A DNA stretch of 64,000 nt from Mobula hypostoma (lineage: Eukaryota): contig NC_086108.1 in the NCBI RefSeq assembly GCF_963921235.1, positions 66,900,001 to 66,964,000 of the forward strand. Direction: 5' to 3'. Below the pieces are notes generated by a model. The model was not told the DNA's origin, searched no databases, and saw only the letters and a list, made by a program, of their open reading frames with translations. Positions 13,521-26,797 of this stretch are shown piece by piece (within the stretch, counting starts at the first letter, position 1; each line of letters starts with the position of its first letter). The position numbers were made by a program, and so were the translations under genes.

Positions 13521-15906
13521 TAAATGCAAGAGCAGGCCATATTGTCCATCAAGCAGTTCCTCCATTGGTTAATCTCTCACCTTTGTGCCTCTTCTCAACA
13601 ATGCTCCCATAATTCTTGGTTTCCATAATGTCCAAAAACTTATTCAGTCTCTGTTTTAAATATATTGAAGAACTGCTCTTCCATTTAGAGAATTCCAAAG
13701 GTTCACACTCTCTGAGTGAAGAAATTTCTCCTCATCTTAATCATGAGCAGCATACTTGCATCCCCATAGCATTTCTACCTTCTACAAAGCACAAATCAAG
13801 AGTGCCATGGCATATCCTTTACTTCCCTGAATGAGCGTGAATCTGAAAATTCTTATGTTTAGCATTCTAAAGTGCCACTCTCTCCAACAGACGTGGCAGC
13901 AATCAAACCGCAGCAACTCATCAAGGGTTTTATGGCTAGACTTCAAAGGCCCTCACAGGGTTAAGGCTGGGCTTCCTGGTTGCCTGTCTATCAACTGGTG
14001 GAGGCAGAGAATGGACACTACAAACCCAGCTACTGAGGTCGTGCTCCAAAACCATCTGGCATTTTGTCTACTGACGGTTATAAATCTCTTTTCACTTGTT
14101 TTTTTTTTCAGTGCCACAGGGCTGATCTACCAGTTCCTTGGTGTACCATAGGACTTTTTCAACTATTACTTGATGTACCACAGTACCATTCTGATGTAGG
14201 GGAAGGACTGTTTGAATGTATGAGGGATCCATTTGATCACATTCTATGAGGGTGTCTGACTTTTGGTGCAAAACTTCTATGAGTGTATATATGGATAGTG
14301 CACGGGATTCATTGCCCAGTTCATCAATCCAGAAACTACCGTTTGGATTGCTGTGGTGTTTCAAATGTGGACTCCACAGACTAAAAACACAATGATTACA
14401 AGCCATGCATAAGGCTTCTGCATAATTCTCTTTTAGCTGTTTTTTCCTGCTCTGGCCTCCCTCTGCTCATTGCTTAATCATCCTGCATTTCTTTGGAAAT
14501 ATTTACTAATGCACCTACGTTTGAGACGAAGCAGGCTGTGTAGAAACAAAAACAGAAAAGCTGCAGGAACTTGGGTAGAGAGGCAGTAACTGGTTTCTCT
14601 TTCCACAGATAATGGATCAAATTGAAGACCTTTCCATCGGCTGACTTGAGAGCTTCTAGCATTTCTGTCTCTGTTTCGTATTCCAGCATATTCGGTTTCA
14701 TTTGATTTCCATCGAAGGCTCGCCAAAGCTACTTAGCTCCTGACTCAGAGATTGGAGCTGAAGATCAGAAAACACCAGTCTAGCATGCTGATATAGCAAC
14801 AGCCAGGAGGCATCAGTTAGCAACAACCCTGCAGGTACTTGATAATTATTTTAAATAGTGCCTGTGGAGTGTTCTTTTTGCTACTGTCCAAGTCTTCATG
14901 CTGAAGCCCAATACAATTACATTGGCATCAATCAACATTAATCACAGACAGATGCTACAATCCACTCACTCAGCCTGCAGAATTCCAGCTGGGCACAAGG
15001 TAATGCTCCCACTGTGCTGTTCACCCAGCGGTTCACCACATAGGAAGCAACTTGATAAATATTGGCATTGTGAATCTTGCACTTTGTGCTTTCTTTTAAT
15101 GACTAATTCAAGTTTAAAGCACTGTAAGTTCAAGTTCCCTTGTATCATTGCAAATACATAGTGAGGGATAGAAAATAGCTTTCACCTTCTGGTTGTAATT
15201 ATTCTTCAACAGCTGCTCCTGTATATTCAATTGCCTCAACATATCTTCCTTAAGGCGATCACGATCTTTTACACACACTATGCCATTAAACAAATATAGA
15301 AGGACACATGCCAAATACACCAATGAAAATCAATTAGATGGTTGGTTGGGATAGTATCCAACAGGATAGAGGAGGCTGAGGGAAGACATAATTGAAGAGT
15401 ACAAGATTATGAGGGGCCAAGACAAAGCGAGAGAGGAAAGATCTCATAGTTGGGGGGGTGGGGTGAATTGAAAGACAGGGACCACATATTTGAAGCAATC
15501 GATAAAAAGGCTAGGGTGAAGAAGAGGCTAAATGTTTTCAATCAGCCAATAGAAAGGGTCTGGATCTCCCTGTCTGTAGTGAAAAAGAGGTGGAAACAAT
15601 CAGCATGTTTAGAACAGATTTGAATGGGAGATTGAGGTATAATCTGCAGGGCTGGGATTTTGTACTGGGGGGTGGTATGAAACTGAGCAACACTTTCCTG
15701 ACTGGCCCAGACATTGTGGGCTAAATTATGCCCTTCGGTGCTGTTAATATTTCATAATTCAAAAATTCCTAGAATTTAAAGCAAAATTATGGTGATCACA
15801 CCATAACCATTTTGATCCTCAACCACCCAACAATTTTCCTCCAAGCAACACACATCAAAGTTGCTGATGAACGCAGCAGGCCAGGCAGCATCTCTAGGAA
15901 GAGGTA

Positions 15907-15944
15907 CAGTCGACGTTTCAGGCCGAGACCCTTCATCAGGACTA
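15907..15944 (-). ncRNA. Minimal type I hammerhead ribozyme motif, intact core
   Basis: Minus strand reads TAGTC-CTGATGA-AGG(GTCTCGG)CCT-GAAAC-GTC^GACTG: stem I TAGTC/GACTG, stem II AGG/CCT, palindromic ACGT stem III. Confidence 0.85.
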
Positions 15945-16019
15945 ACTGAAGGAAGAGTTAGTAAGAGATTTGAAAGTGAGATTTGAGATTTCAAATCTCT
16001 TACTAACTCTTCCTTCAGT

Positions 16020-16057
16020 TAGTCTTGACGAAGGGTCTCGGCCTGAAACATCGACTG
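16020..16057 (+). ncRNA. Hammerhead motif, mutated copy
   Basis: TAGTC-TTGACGA-AGGGTCTCGGCCT-GAAAC-ATC-GACTG; C3U change and broken ACGT palindrome. Confidence 0.6.
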
Positions 16058-16599
16058 TACCTCTTCCTAGAGATGCTGCCTGGCCTGCTGTGTTCACCAG
16101 CAATTTTGATGTGTGTTGTTTGAATTTCCAGCATCTGCAGAATTCCTGTTGTTTGCGAATTTTCCTCCAAGATCCTTTTTGGGAATTCATTATTAATATC
16201 CAAAATACTTTGATATAAAATCACATCTCAATTGCCTCTGTTCAAAACTTAAAAAGCGTAATTCATTCACTTCTGATAATAATATTTGCATTCATAAGCT
16301 CCTGCACCCTATCATAAGTAATTTTTACCTTTTTGATCAATAAAAAATATTTCATTCCATTCATTGCAAATGGTTTTGCTGTGCTTAAATATTCCACACA
16401 GAAAAATCCCTGTGACCTTCATTCCACCCACAGAGGTATCATTAAATTTTAAAAGTTCTGTTTTTCAATCTGAAAATTTATTCCCCACTTTCTACCTACG
16501 GGACCCTAGACTCTGCACAGTTTTTTGGCTGCTATTTATCTTACCTGGCTTCTGATACAAAGCCTCCTTGTTTTTTTCCACAAATTTGATAACTTGTTT

Positions 16600-17260
16600 T
16601 AATGTTTTACTCTTCAGACATTGACATAGGCCTATTTTCAGAATGTAAATCCTCTGAGCAGCTTGTGGTTACATAATATAAGGAATAAGTTTATTATCAG
16701 TGTAGAAACAGTGTCTGTAATTTGAATTTGACTGACCTCTAATGGTAGCTGCTCTACATGTGGTCCATCTCTCAGGAGTCCTGCAAGGATCCTATGTTAG
16801 GATTCCTGCTGCAACTAACTTTTTCTACAGATTGAGGAAAGGCAAATCTTAAGTTTTCTGAGGACACAAAGATGTGTGTTGAACTGAGATGAAGAAAACA
16901 GGCTCAGGCTGATTTCAGTACATTGAACAAACAGATTCAGGGATAGCCAACATTCTTGAATGTGGATAAAAGCAATGTGTGAGATAAACACTTTACACTG
17001 CAAGTTACAAGAGGTATGAGGATTACAGTTCACAAAATACTGGAAATAAGAACCAGTGCTGCACACTGCAGTGAAAGCAGTCACTGTGTTAAGGTGTGCC
17101 AGGTGAATGTTAAATCACAGATACTCATTTCTGTTTAGCAGAAGATCTTGATGCAGCCATAGCTAGAACGCTATGCCACATTTTGCTGCCCTTGTTTTGG
17201 AGAGGAAGGCTCTGAGGAAAGCTTGAAGAGTACCACCAGATTGATTTTTGGAACCGCAGG
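16600..17260 (+). mobile_element. Ancient CR1 RT remnant
   Basis: Residual motifs tcaggagtcctgcaagga (SGVPQG-like) and aagttttctgaggacacaaag (KFADDTK-like) in the correct order. Confidence 0.45.
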
Positions 17261-18527
17261 AATTTACAGGTCTTCATATTTAGGCTAATACTTTGCTGAA
17301 ACAATACAGAATAATCCCATTGACCTACATTCTACACACAGCCTTGTACCATTTACTGCTTCAACAAAGTTTGTTATTTTCTTGAAAAATGCCTCAACCA
17401 TTTACTGTCAGATCATTTCATGCTCTCAACTACATTTTATGCCTGACTATCTAACTCACCAGAGAACCTTTCCCGATTCACCTTATAAAAAGTCTATATC
17501 ACTAAAGGAAAAAAATGATTTAAAATCTCTTAGCCTCCTCTGCAGTGAAGTCATCATGCAATTTCACTTCTCACTTCATAACCAGTTTCTTATTCAGGTA
17601 TGCTTTCAACAGCTTTAGTGTATTAATATAAAAGAATGACAGATACATACAATAATCTGAGGTAAACCTATGCAATGTTTACACTAATTATTAATTTTAA
17701 TTATTACACTCTGCTTCCATATTTAGAAATTACATCTGATCAGAGGAAAAGCATCTTCCCCACTGAAAACATGCAAACTTTGAGATAATAAAAATATATT
17801 CACTAAAATGATGAAAGCAATAGACTATATTTGAGCTAATACGGCTATATGAGAACAGAGACATAAAAGATCAAGTTAGTTTAGATATCAAGAAGTATTT
17901 ATCTTTGAAGCTTATCACTAAAATCAGATTTCAGATGACTATCAGAACGTGTGATGAATTCAGATTTGTATCCGGTTTCTAAGAGGAAGCTTCTGATAGT
18001 TAAAACCATCTTGAATTGTAGGACATAGTGGAGAATTAGATGGAATTTTGTTCGTAGTACCATTTACTGCCTGAAACATGTTTTCTTGGCTGCAGAGATT
18101 GGGAGGCATTTCCTATCGGTTACTCCCTAATCTGGTTTGCATTTTGTCGTATCTTATCACCATCTCATCAGGGAGGAAAGATACAATAAAGATTCCAGGG
18201 CTCAGTTTAGGAAAGTATTCAGGAAGGTCTATGTAGAGGGTGGCTCACTGCTGAATATAGACTGCACAATGTCTGCATGAGACAGGGTATAGGGACCACT
18301 CATTATTTCCTTGCTTTCTTCTATGCCAGAAGGGATTCATTGTTTACTAATTGCAGAGCTATCAATGGGGCTATCAGTTTCAAATAACTAGATCAGAAAT
18401 CACTACCTTTAGCACTATTCATCTGATATACAACCACTTTATTCTCCTGACACTCTAACGCAATATTTAGAGTGTGAGTAAGCAGCAGACATTTTCCTTC
18501 TGTTTGTTCATTCCAAGTCTGAGTCCA

Positions 18528-18730
18528 AGGGTGCGTAGTGGTTAGCAGAATCACTTTACAGCCCCAACTATCAGCAATTGGGGTTCGATTCAAGCCGCTG
18601 CATATCAGAAGTTTGTATGTTCTCCCCATGACTGTGTGGGTTTCCTCTGGGTTCTCTGGTTTCCTCCCACATTCCAAAGACATACAGTTAGGGTTAGTGA
18701 GTTGTGGGCATGCTATGTTGGCATCAGAAG
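18528..18730 (+). mobile_element. tRNA-derived V-SINE
   Basis: A-box TAGTGGTTAG, B-box GGTTCGATTC, V-domain tgttctccccatgactgtgtgggtttcctctgggttctctggtttcctcccacattccaaagac. Confidence 0.85.
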
Positions 18731-18734
18731 CATG

Positions 18735-19722
18735 GTGACAGTACCTCCTTGTACAACTGGATTCTCAATTTCCTCACAGACCCCAATGAGTTTGGATTGG
18801 CAACGATAATCGCCTCCACAATCTCCATCAGCACAGGTGCATCACAAGGCATTGTGCTTAGCCCCCTGTTCTATTCACTTTATACTTATGACTGTGAAGC
18901 TAAGCATAGCTCCAGTGCAATTTTTATGTTTGCTGATGACACCACTCTCGCTGGCCGAATTAGAGGTGAGGCATCAGTATATAGGAGGCAGATTGAAAAT
19001 CTTACTGAGTGGTGCCACAACAACAACCTCTCACTCAATGTCAGCAGGACCAAGGAGCTGATTATTGTTTTAGCTGGAGGGGACCAGAGGTCCATGAGCC
19101 AGTCCTCATAGGGGGCTCAGAGATGGAGCTGGTCAGCAACTTTAAATTCTTCAGTGTTATCATCTCAGAGGAACTGTTCCGGGTCCAGCACACAAGAACC
19201 ATTACAAAGAAAGCATGGCAACACCTCTACTTTCTTAAAGTTTGTGGAGATTTAGTAAGTCATCTAGGACTTTGACAGACTTCTATAGATGTGTGGTATA
19301 TTGACTGGTTGCATCACAGCCTTGTATGGAAACTCCGATGTCCTTGAACGGAAAAGCTGACAAAAAGTACTGTATATGACCCAGTCCATCATGGGTAAAG
19401 CCCTCTCCACCACCGAGCCTAGCTACATGGAGCACTGTTGCAGGAAAGCAGCATCCATCATCATGGACCCACACCATCCAGGTCATGCTCTCTTCTTGCT
19501 GCTGCCATCAGGAAGAAGGTGCAGGAGCCTCAGGACTGACGCCACCAATTGATTCTTTTTGTATTGTGCAGTTTGTAGTCTTAGTCCATCCTACTGAGTG
19601 TGGTCCCTCATTGGTTCTATTGTGCTATTTCTATTTACTGTGAATGCCCACAAGAAAATGGATCTCAGGGTTGTATATGGTGACATATGTATACTTGGAT
19701 AATAAAATTACTTTGAATTTTG
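18735..19722 (+). mobile_element. Rex1/Babar-type LINE 3' fragment
   Basis: TGASQGIVLSPLFYSLYTYDC…FADDTT…WCHNNNLSLNVSRTKELI; 3' UTR ends aataaaattactttgaattttga. Confidence 0.9.
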
Positions 19723-20689
19723 AACAGTTGCATGCTACCCAATATAGTCTTCAGACTGTCTTGATCATTGATGTAAAACAACACATTTCACTATATGTTT
19801 TGATGTTTCAATGTACATGTGACAAATAAAGCTAATCTTTTTTTTCTTTTCTACCTGTGTGACCATTAATTGTCAACCAGCTATTCAGCTGATGAGGCAT
19901 CAATACTGATGCCAATCTGGAGCAGAATTCCTAGCAAATGCACTTCAGTCCATTTTTTGAGCTTCCTGGATTTCTGCAGCCCTGAACTACAAGTTTAGTT
20001 AACTGCATAGAAGTCACAGTCACATAAAGCTTACTGATCTGCTGCCCTATTGAACAATGCATTCAATCCCTATGGCATACAGTTGCTGAATATTAGTTAT
20101 TAAAAAATTAACCAAAGTCATGCAGAGAATCTTAAATTGCTTAAATTATAATACAGTCCAAAATGGAATAAATAAGACATTGTCTAGATTTTTGTCTTGC
20201 TCAGTGGCTCCTCCAGTTATTACCTCAAAGGGTTAAGGTTCAAAACACCTTTAGTCCTTGATTTTTTCCATATATCATTAAGGCTCAGTTCCAGGCTTTG
20301 GTTCATTAAGCACACTTAAATGTTATAATGTAAAAGCTCTAGAAGGTATAGTGACAACATCCGCCACTTATACAACCACAACCACTGGCACGCAAGTGAA
20401 AGGCCATTAATCAAAATGCTATAGCCAGAACTAACCAAAATAATGCAATCCACTTAGCTGAAACTATTCAGTAGTTTCAAGACACTGCATAGGGACCTCA
20501 CAGGGGAATAAATTCTATTGACCAATAATATCATGAAAGTCACACCAGACATGTTTACTTTCTAATATTATTAATCATTTTTAAAAAAAACCTACACATT
20601 TTTCACCCCTGTTGATGCACATTCAAGGCCATTTTATTCAAACGTGAGCAAGTTCCTGCTAATTCTGTAGGCATCCGTTTCGATTTTGC

Positions 20690-21332
20690 AAGAAGCTTGG
20701 AGCCTCAGGTATAATGGATTATAAACATTACTCGGTCATAGACTGGAGCTTCATTGAGACCCACAGAAATGTGTATATACATGCAAATATTGTCGTATGA
20801 AGGATCAAACACCCGACTGAACACCCCTCATACCCCCCAACACCAATTATTTATAATTTTCAGCCATTCACATTATGTACAGACACTTCTATGCCTAGCA
20901 TCACTTTATGGACATACAATCTATGTATGTAATCTATCTTATGTATTTTTATTTATTAGGTTTTTATTATTGTCTTCTTTATCTTATTCTGTTTTTTTTG
21001 TGCCATATCAGAACCAGATTAACAATTATTTTGTTCTCCTTTAGACTTGTGTACTGGAAAAGACATTAAAAAACCTTGCTTATTTATTTATTATTATTGC
21101 TTATTTATTGTTTATTATTGTTAAATAATTTTTCTTTTATATTTGCAGAGTTTGTTGTCTTTTGCACCACATTTGGATTGCTTGTGCATTGCGTTCGGTG
21201 CTGTCTTTCATTAATTCTATTATGATTCTTGGATTTACTGAGTATGCCCACAAGGAAATGAACCTTAGGGTTGTATATGGTGACATATATGAGCTTTGAT
21301 AATAAATTTACTTTGAACTTTGAGCCTTGAAC
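20690..21332 (+). mobile_element. Two adjacent Rex-type LINE 3' UTR fragments
   Basis: Ends gataataaatttactttgaactttga, the same 3' end seen at about 19700 and 54380. Confidence 0.6.
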
Positions 21333-22738
21333 CTGTGAATCACAGCATAAAAATGTCCATCATTATCACATTCTATGTAATGACAAGGAAGTATTAATGA
21401 GATGAATAAACTAAATATATTCCCAAAAAAAAATCCAATCGTCAGTGAAACACTTTTTAAAGAATGAAACATTTATGATGTCAAATCAACCCCTATGCAG
21501 GGTGCAGGATTCCATTCTGTCTTCTTTGCTTTTCTTTCTGTGTCTAAAATGAATTCAAGTGAGTACTACCTAAAGGCAGACTATTTTCTTCCTGCAGGCA
21601 AGTGCCCAGCCTGCACTTAGCAGAAATCAGAAACTTGGCAAAATATTTCCTGAGGCAAAATGCTGGTTGATAATGTGACCATTAACTAAATGTTAAGTGA
21701 AGAATACAACTGAAAAAGATTGTTGAGACTCTCAGCTCAGGCATTGTGAGATAAAGCCCCAGTCTTTATGTTCAAGCAAACCTGACTGTGATCAATTTAT
21801 GAAGTTTTGCCCAAAACACTGCCAAAGTAACTGGGTTGGGACAGATCACAGACATACCTATTCAGGCCTCAAGGTAAAAAAGGGTGGTAACTAACGGAGG
21901 GAGATTAAGAGGTGTGTAACTCTTATTACAAGCAATAGTCCGACTCAAAATAGAACAAATGCAACAGAAGCCCCAACTGGATTGAATTTTGTAATTTAGA
22001 ACCTATAACATTCTTTCCAGTGAATTCATTAGTCCAGTCTTTCAAATGTCTACATAAGTTTTTACTTTACCTTTCCTTTATCTCGAGGCATTTAGGATCC
22101 TTATTGCATTACTTTGAATGAACCTATGTTAGATCAGTGAACACAGACACGTTAAAATAGTGGAAAGGGAGTCGTTTATTTAGTCCCTTAAGCCCGTTCT
22201 ACCATTAAATGAGATCATGGTTGTTCAGCGATCTAATTCCTTTTACCTGCTGTTTCCCCATATCACTTAATCACCTATGGTTAACAAAGGTCGGCTAATC
22301 CCAGATTTAAAATTAGCAATTGTTCAAGTACCATTTGCTCTTTGTGGAAGAAAGTTTCATATTTCTAGCTTTAGTACGTCTAAGAACACGATTAAGATTA
22401 TTAAGAAGTATTGTCAAACCTAAAGCCAGTACTTTCAAAATGAAAGTAAATTATTTTTTTAAATTAACCTTAATTTACATTTCCCTTCAATACGGGAGAG
22501 ACAACTTCTTTTTGTGCAATTTCTCCTATACATTACAGTTAAACATACTGAGGTATACATGGGGATTAGAGAACAATGTAGCTGGTAGGGAGAATATAAA
22601 ACTATAAGATCAAAAGAAATGATCAGAAGTAATTTCTGTGGAAAGCGGCCAGTGAAGGAGTGGAGCTTTGAGGCTTTGACTCGAGAGGCTTCGACGAGAA
22701 GAGGCGGAGGACAAGCTAGCTCGCAGTTAGTCTTTACA

Positions 22739-23664
22739 ATGCTTCCTGAGACGGTGATGTGCCTCTCATGTAAGATGTGGTAGTCTTGGGGGAATGCCCC
22801 TCTCCCACAGAGTCACATCTACCAGAAGTGCATACGGCTGGGCGATCTGGAAGACCGTGTAAGGAATCTGGAGCAGCAGCTTGATGACCTTCGACTCATA
22901 AGGGAGAATGAGGCATTCATAGATGAGAGCTACACCTAGGCTGCCGGAAGCAGGTCATTGGGTGACAGCCAGGGGGGGAAAGCGAGGGTGAGCAGGCAGG
23001 TAGTGCAGAGCACCCCTGTAGCCATTCCCCGAATAATAAGTTTACTGTCCTGGATACTGTTGGTGGGGACGACTGACCAGGTGTGAGCCACGGTGGCAGG
23101 GCCTCTGGCACTGAGTCTGACCCTGTGGTGCAGAAGGGTGGGATGGAGAAGAGGAGAGCTGTCGTCATTGGAGACTCTATAGTCAGCGGAGCAGACAGGA
23201 GATTTTGTGGACGTGAGAAGAACACCCGCATGGTTTGTTGCCTCCTGGGTGCCAGGGTCCAGGATGTCTCTGACCGGATGCATGACATCCTGGTATGAGA
23301 GGGAAAGCAACCAGAAGTCATGATATATGTTGGTACCAACGACATAGGCAGGAAGAGGGATGAGGTCCTGAAGTGTGAGATTCGGGAACTAGGCAGAAGG
23401 CTGAAGAACAGGACCTCAAGGGTGGCCTTCTCAGGATTGCTGCCAGTGCTATGTGATAGTGATGGTAAGAATTGGAGGAGCTGGCAGTTGAATGCGTGGC
23501 TGAGGAGTTGGTGCAGGGAGCAGGGTTTTAGATTTTTAGATCATTGGGATCTCTTCTGGGGAAGGTGGGATCTGTACAGATTGGATGGGTTGCACCTGAA
23601 CTCGAGGGGGAGCAATATCCTTGCAGGTACGTTTGCTAGCATAGTTTGGGAGGGTTTAAACTAA
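22739..23664 (+). pseudogene. CR1 ORF1 (CxxC zinc-finger/leucine-zipper region + SGNH esterase), with stops
   Basis: MLPETVMCLSCKMW* start; VVIGDSIV, YVGTNDIG and DGLHLN esterase blocks; several in-frame stops. Confidence 0.9.
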
Positions 23665-23789
23665 TTTGCAAGGGGGATGGGACCCAGGGCGATAGGGCAG
23701 TGAAAGAAGTGCATGGAGTAAAGCCAGATCTAACATATAGAGAGGCTTTGAGGGAAGAGAAGCAGAATTAAGGGTGTAAAGGTAGTAAG

Positions 23790-26568
23790 GTAGAAGGGCT
23801 AAAGTGTGTGTACTTCAATGCAAGAAGAATCAGGAACAAAGGTGATGAACTGAGAGCTTGGATACATACATGGAATTATGATGTAGTGGCCATTACAGAG
23901 ACTTGGCTGGCACCAGGGCAGGAATGGATTCTCAATATTCCTGGATTTCAGTGCTTTAAAAGGGGTAGAGAGTGGGGGAAAGGGGAGGAGGGGTGGCATT
24001 ACTGCTCAGGGATACCATTACAGCTACAGAAAGGGTGGGTAATGTAGCAGGATCCTCTTCTGAGTCAGTATGGGTGGAAGTCAGGAACAGGAAGGGAGCA
24101 GTTAGTATACTGGGAGTATTCTATAGGCCCCCTGGGAACAGCAGATTGGGAGACAGATTTTAGAAAGGTACAAAAATAACAGGGTTGTTATCATGGGTGA
24201 CTTTAACTTCCCTAATATTGATTGGCATCTGATTAGTTCCAAGGGTTTAAATGGGGCAGAGTTTGTTAAGTGTGTCCAGGACGGATTCCTGTCACAGTAT
24301 GCTGACAGGACGACTGGGGGAATGCCATACTAGATCTAATATTAGGTAACGAACCAGGTCAGGACACAGATCTCTCAGTAGGTGAGCATCTGGGGGACAG
24401 TGACCACCGCTCCCTGGCCTTTAGCATTATCATGGAAAAGGATAGAATCAGAGAGGTCAGGAAAATTTTTAACTGGGGAAGGGCAAATTATGAGGCTATA
24501 AGGCTAGAACTTGCGGGTGTGAATTGGGATGATGTTTTTGCAGGGAAATGTACTATGCACATGTGGTCGATGTTTATGGATCTCTTGCAGGATGTTAGGG
24601 ATAAATTTGTCCTGGTGAGGAAGATAAAGAATGGTAAGGTGAAGGAACCATGGGTGACAAGTGAGGTGGAAAATCTGGTCAGGTGGAAGAAGGCAGCATA
24701 CATGAGGTTTAGGAAGCAAGGATCAGATGGGTCTATTGAGGAATATAGGGTAGCAAGTAAAGAGCTTAAGAAGGGGCTGAGAAGAGCAAGTAGGGGGTAT
24801 GAGAAGGCCTTGGTGAGTAGGGTAAAGGAAAACCCCAAGGCATTCTTCAATTATGTGAAGAAAAAAGGGATGACAGGAATGAAGGTAGGACCGATTAGAG
24901 ATAAAGGTGGGAATATTGGAGGCTGTGGAAGTGAGCGAGGTCCTCAATGAATACTTTTCTTCAGTATTCACCAATGAGAGGGAACTTGATGATGGTGAGG
25001 ACAATATGAGTGAGGTTGATGTTTTGGAGCATGTAGATATTAAGGGAGAGTAGGTGTTGGAGTTGTTAAAATACATTAGGACGGATAAGTCCCCGGGGCC
25101 TGATGGAATATTCCCCAGGCTGCTCCACGAGGTGAGGGAAGAGATTGCTGTGCCTCTTGCAAGGATCTTTATGTCCTCGTTGTCCCCGGGAATGGTACCG
25201 GAGGATTGGAGAGAGGCGAATGTTGTCCCCTTGTTCAAAAAAGGTAGTAGGGATAGTCCGGGTAATTATAGAAGAGTGAGCCTTACGTCTGTGGTGGGAA
25301 AGCTGTTGGAAAAGGTTCTTAGAGATAGGATCTATGGGCATTTAGAGAATCGTGGTCTGATCAGCGACAGTCAGCATGGCTTTGTGAAGGGCAGATCGTG
25401 TCTAACAAGCCTGATAGAGTTCTTTGAGGAGGTGACCAGGCATATAGATGAGGGTAGTGCAGTGGATGTGATCTACATGGATTTTAGTAAGGCATTTGAC
25501 AACGTTCCACATGGTAGGTTTATTCAGAAAGTCAGAAGGCATGGAATCCAGGGAAGTTTGGCCAGGTGGATTCAGAATTGGCTTGCCTGCAGAAGGCAGT
25601 GGGTCATGATGGAGGGAGTACATTCAGATTGGAGGGATGTGACTAGTGGGGTCCCACAAGGATCTGTTCTGGGACCTCTACTCTTCGTGATTTTTAGTAA
25701 TGCCCTGGATGTGGGGGTAGAAGGGTGGGTTGGAAAGTTTGCAGATGACACAAAGGTTGGTGGTGTTGTAGATAGTGTAGAGGATCATCAAAGATTGCAG
25801 AGAGATATTGATAGGATGCAGAAGTGAGCTGAGAAGTGGCAGATGGAGTTCAACCCAGAGAAATGTGAGGTGGTACACTTTGGAAGGACAAACTCCAAGG
25901 CAGAGTACAAAGTAAATGGCAGGATACTTGGTAGTGTGGAGGAGCAGAGGGATCTGGGGGTACATGTCCACAGATCCCTGAAAGTTGCCTCACAGGTAGA
26001 TAGGGTAGTTAAGAAAGTTTATGGGGTGTTAGCTTTCATAAATCAAGGGACAGAGTTTAAGAGTCGCGATGTAATGATGCAGCTCTATAAAACTCTGGTT
26101 AGGCCACACTTGGAGTACTGTGTTCAGTTCTGGTCGCCTGACTATAGGAAGGATGTGGAAGCATTGGAAAGGGTACAGAGGAGAATTACCAAGCTGTTGC
26201 CTGGTTTAGAGAGTATGCATTATGATCAGAGATTAAGGGAGCTAGGGCTTTACTCTTTGGAGAGAAGGAAGTTGAGAGGAGACATGATAGAGGTGTACAA
26301 GATATTAAGAGGAATAGATAGAGTGGACAGCCAGCGCCTCTTCCCCAGGGCACCACTGCTCAATACAAGAGGACATGGCTTTAAAATAAGGGGTGGGAAT
26401 TTCAAGGGGGATATTAGAGGAAGGTTTTTTACTCAAAGAGTGGTTCGTGCGTGGAATGCACTCCCTGAGTCAGTGGTGGAGGCAGATACACTAGTGAAGT
26501 TTAAGAGACTACTAGACAGGTATATGGAGGAATTTAAGGTGGGGGGTTATATGGGAGGCAGGGTTTGA
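23790..26568 (+). pseudogene. CR1 ORF2 (AP endonuclease + reverse transcriptase), frameshifted
   Basis: YFNARRIRNK, AITETWL, FYRPP, GDFNFP and SDH endonuclease motifs; DFSKAFD, GVPQGSVLGP, KFADDTK RT motifs. Confidence 0.95.
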
Positions 26569-26797
26569 GGGTCGGCACAACGTTGTGGGCTGAAAGGCCT
26601 GTACTGTGCTGTACTGTTCTATGTTCTATAAGTAGAAAATTTGGCCCCCTCTGCTCTTCTATTCAAAGAGCGGTGGGGGCATCCCTGGCCTCAGTTATTC
26701 AGAGATATTCCTTTTGTCCTATCCATCTATCCCCCACTCCTTTTACAATTTGATACTAACCTATTTTTCCTCCTTCTGAATTCTAACAAGTGGTCAG

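Larger units (their letters stand above)
15846..16157. mobile_element. Fold-back PLE-derived non-autonomous element with 14-bp TSD
   Basis: 130-bp inverted arms (15846-15975 / 15989-16118); TSD AATTTTCCTCCAAG at 15832-15845 and 16158-16171. Confidence 0.9.
22632..26629 (+). mobile_element. Near full-length CR1 LINE (ORF1 + ORF2), inactivated
   Basis: 5' UTR, ORF1 and APE-RT ORF2 in order; tail gtactgttctatgttcta; possible short TSD AAGTA (22627-22631 / 26630-26634). Confidence 0.95.

Noticed and set aside
14400..14560. Minus-strand exon after a strong acceptor (ttctacacag)
   Set aside because: All three frames stop within about 20 codons and the pyrimidine tract derives from a repeat tail.
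18528..18600. tRNA gene
   Set aside because: A and B boxes are the head of a V-SINE; no complete cloverleaf.
25054..26568. Active reverse transcriptase gene
   Set aside because: ORF2 is broken by stops (e.g. about 25825) and by upstream frameshifts.
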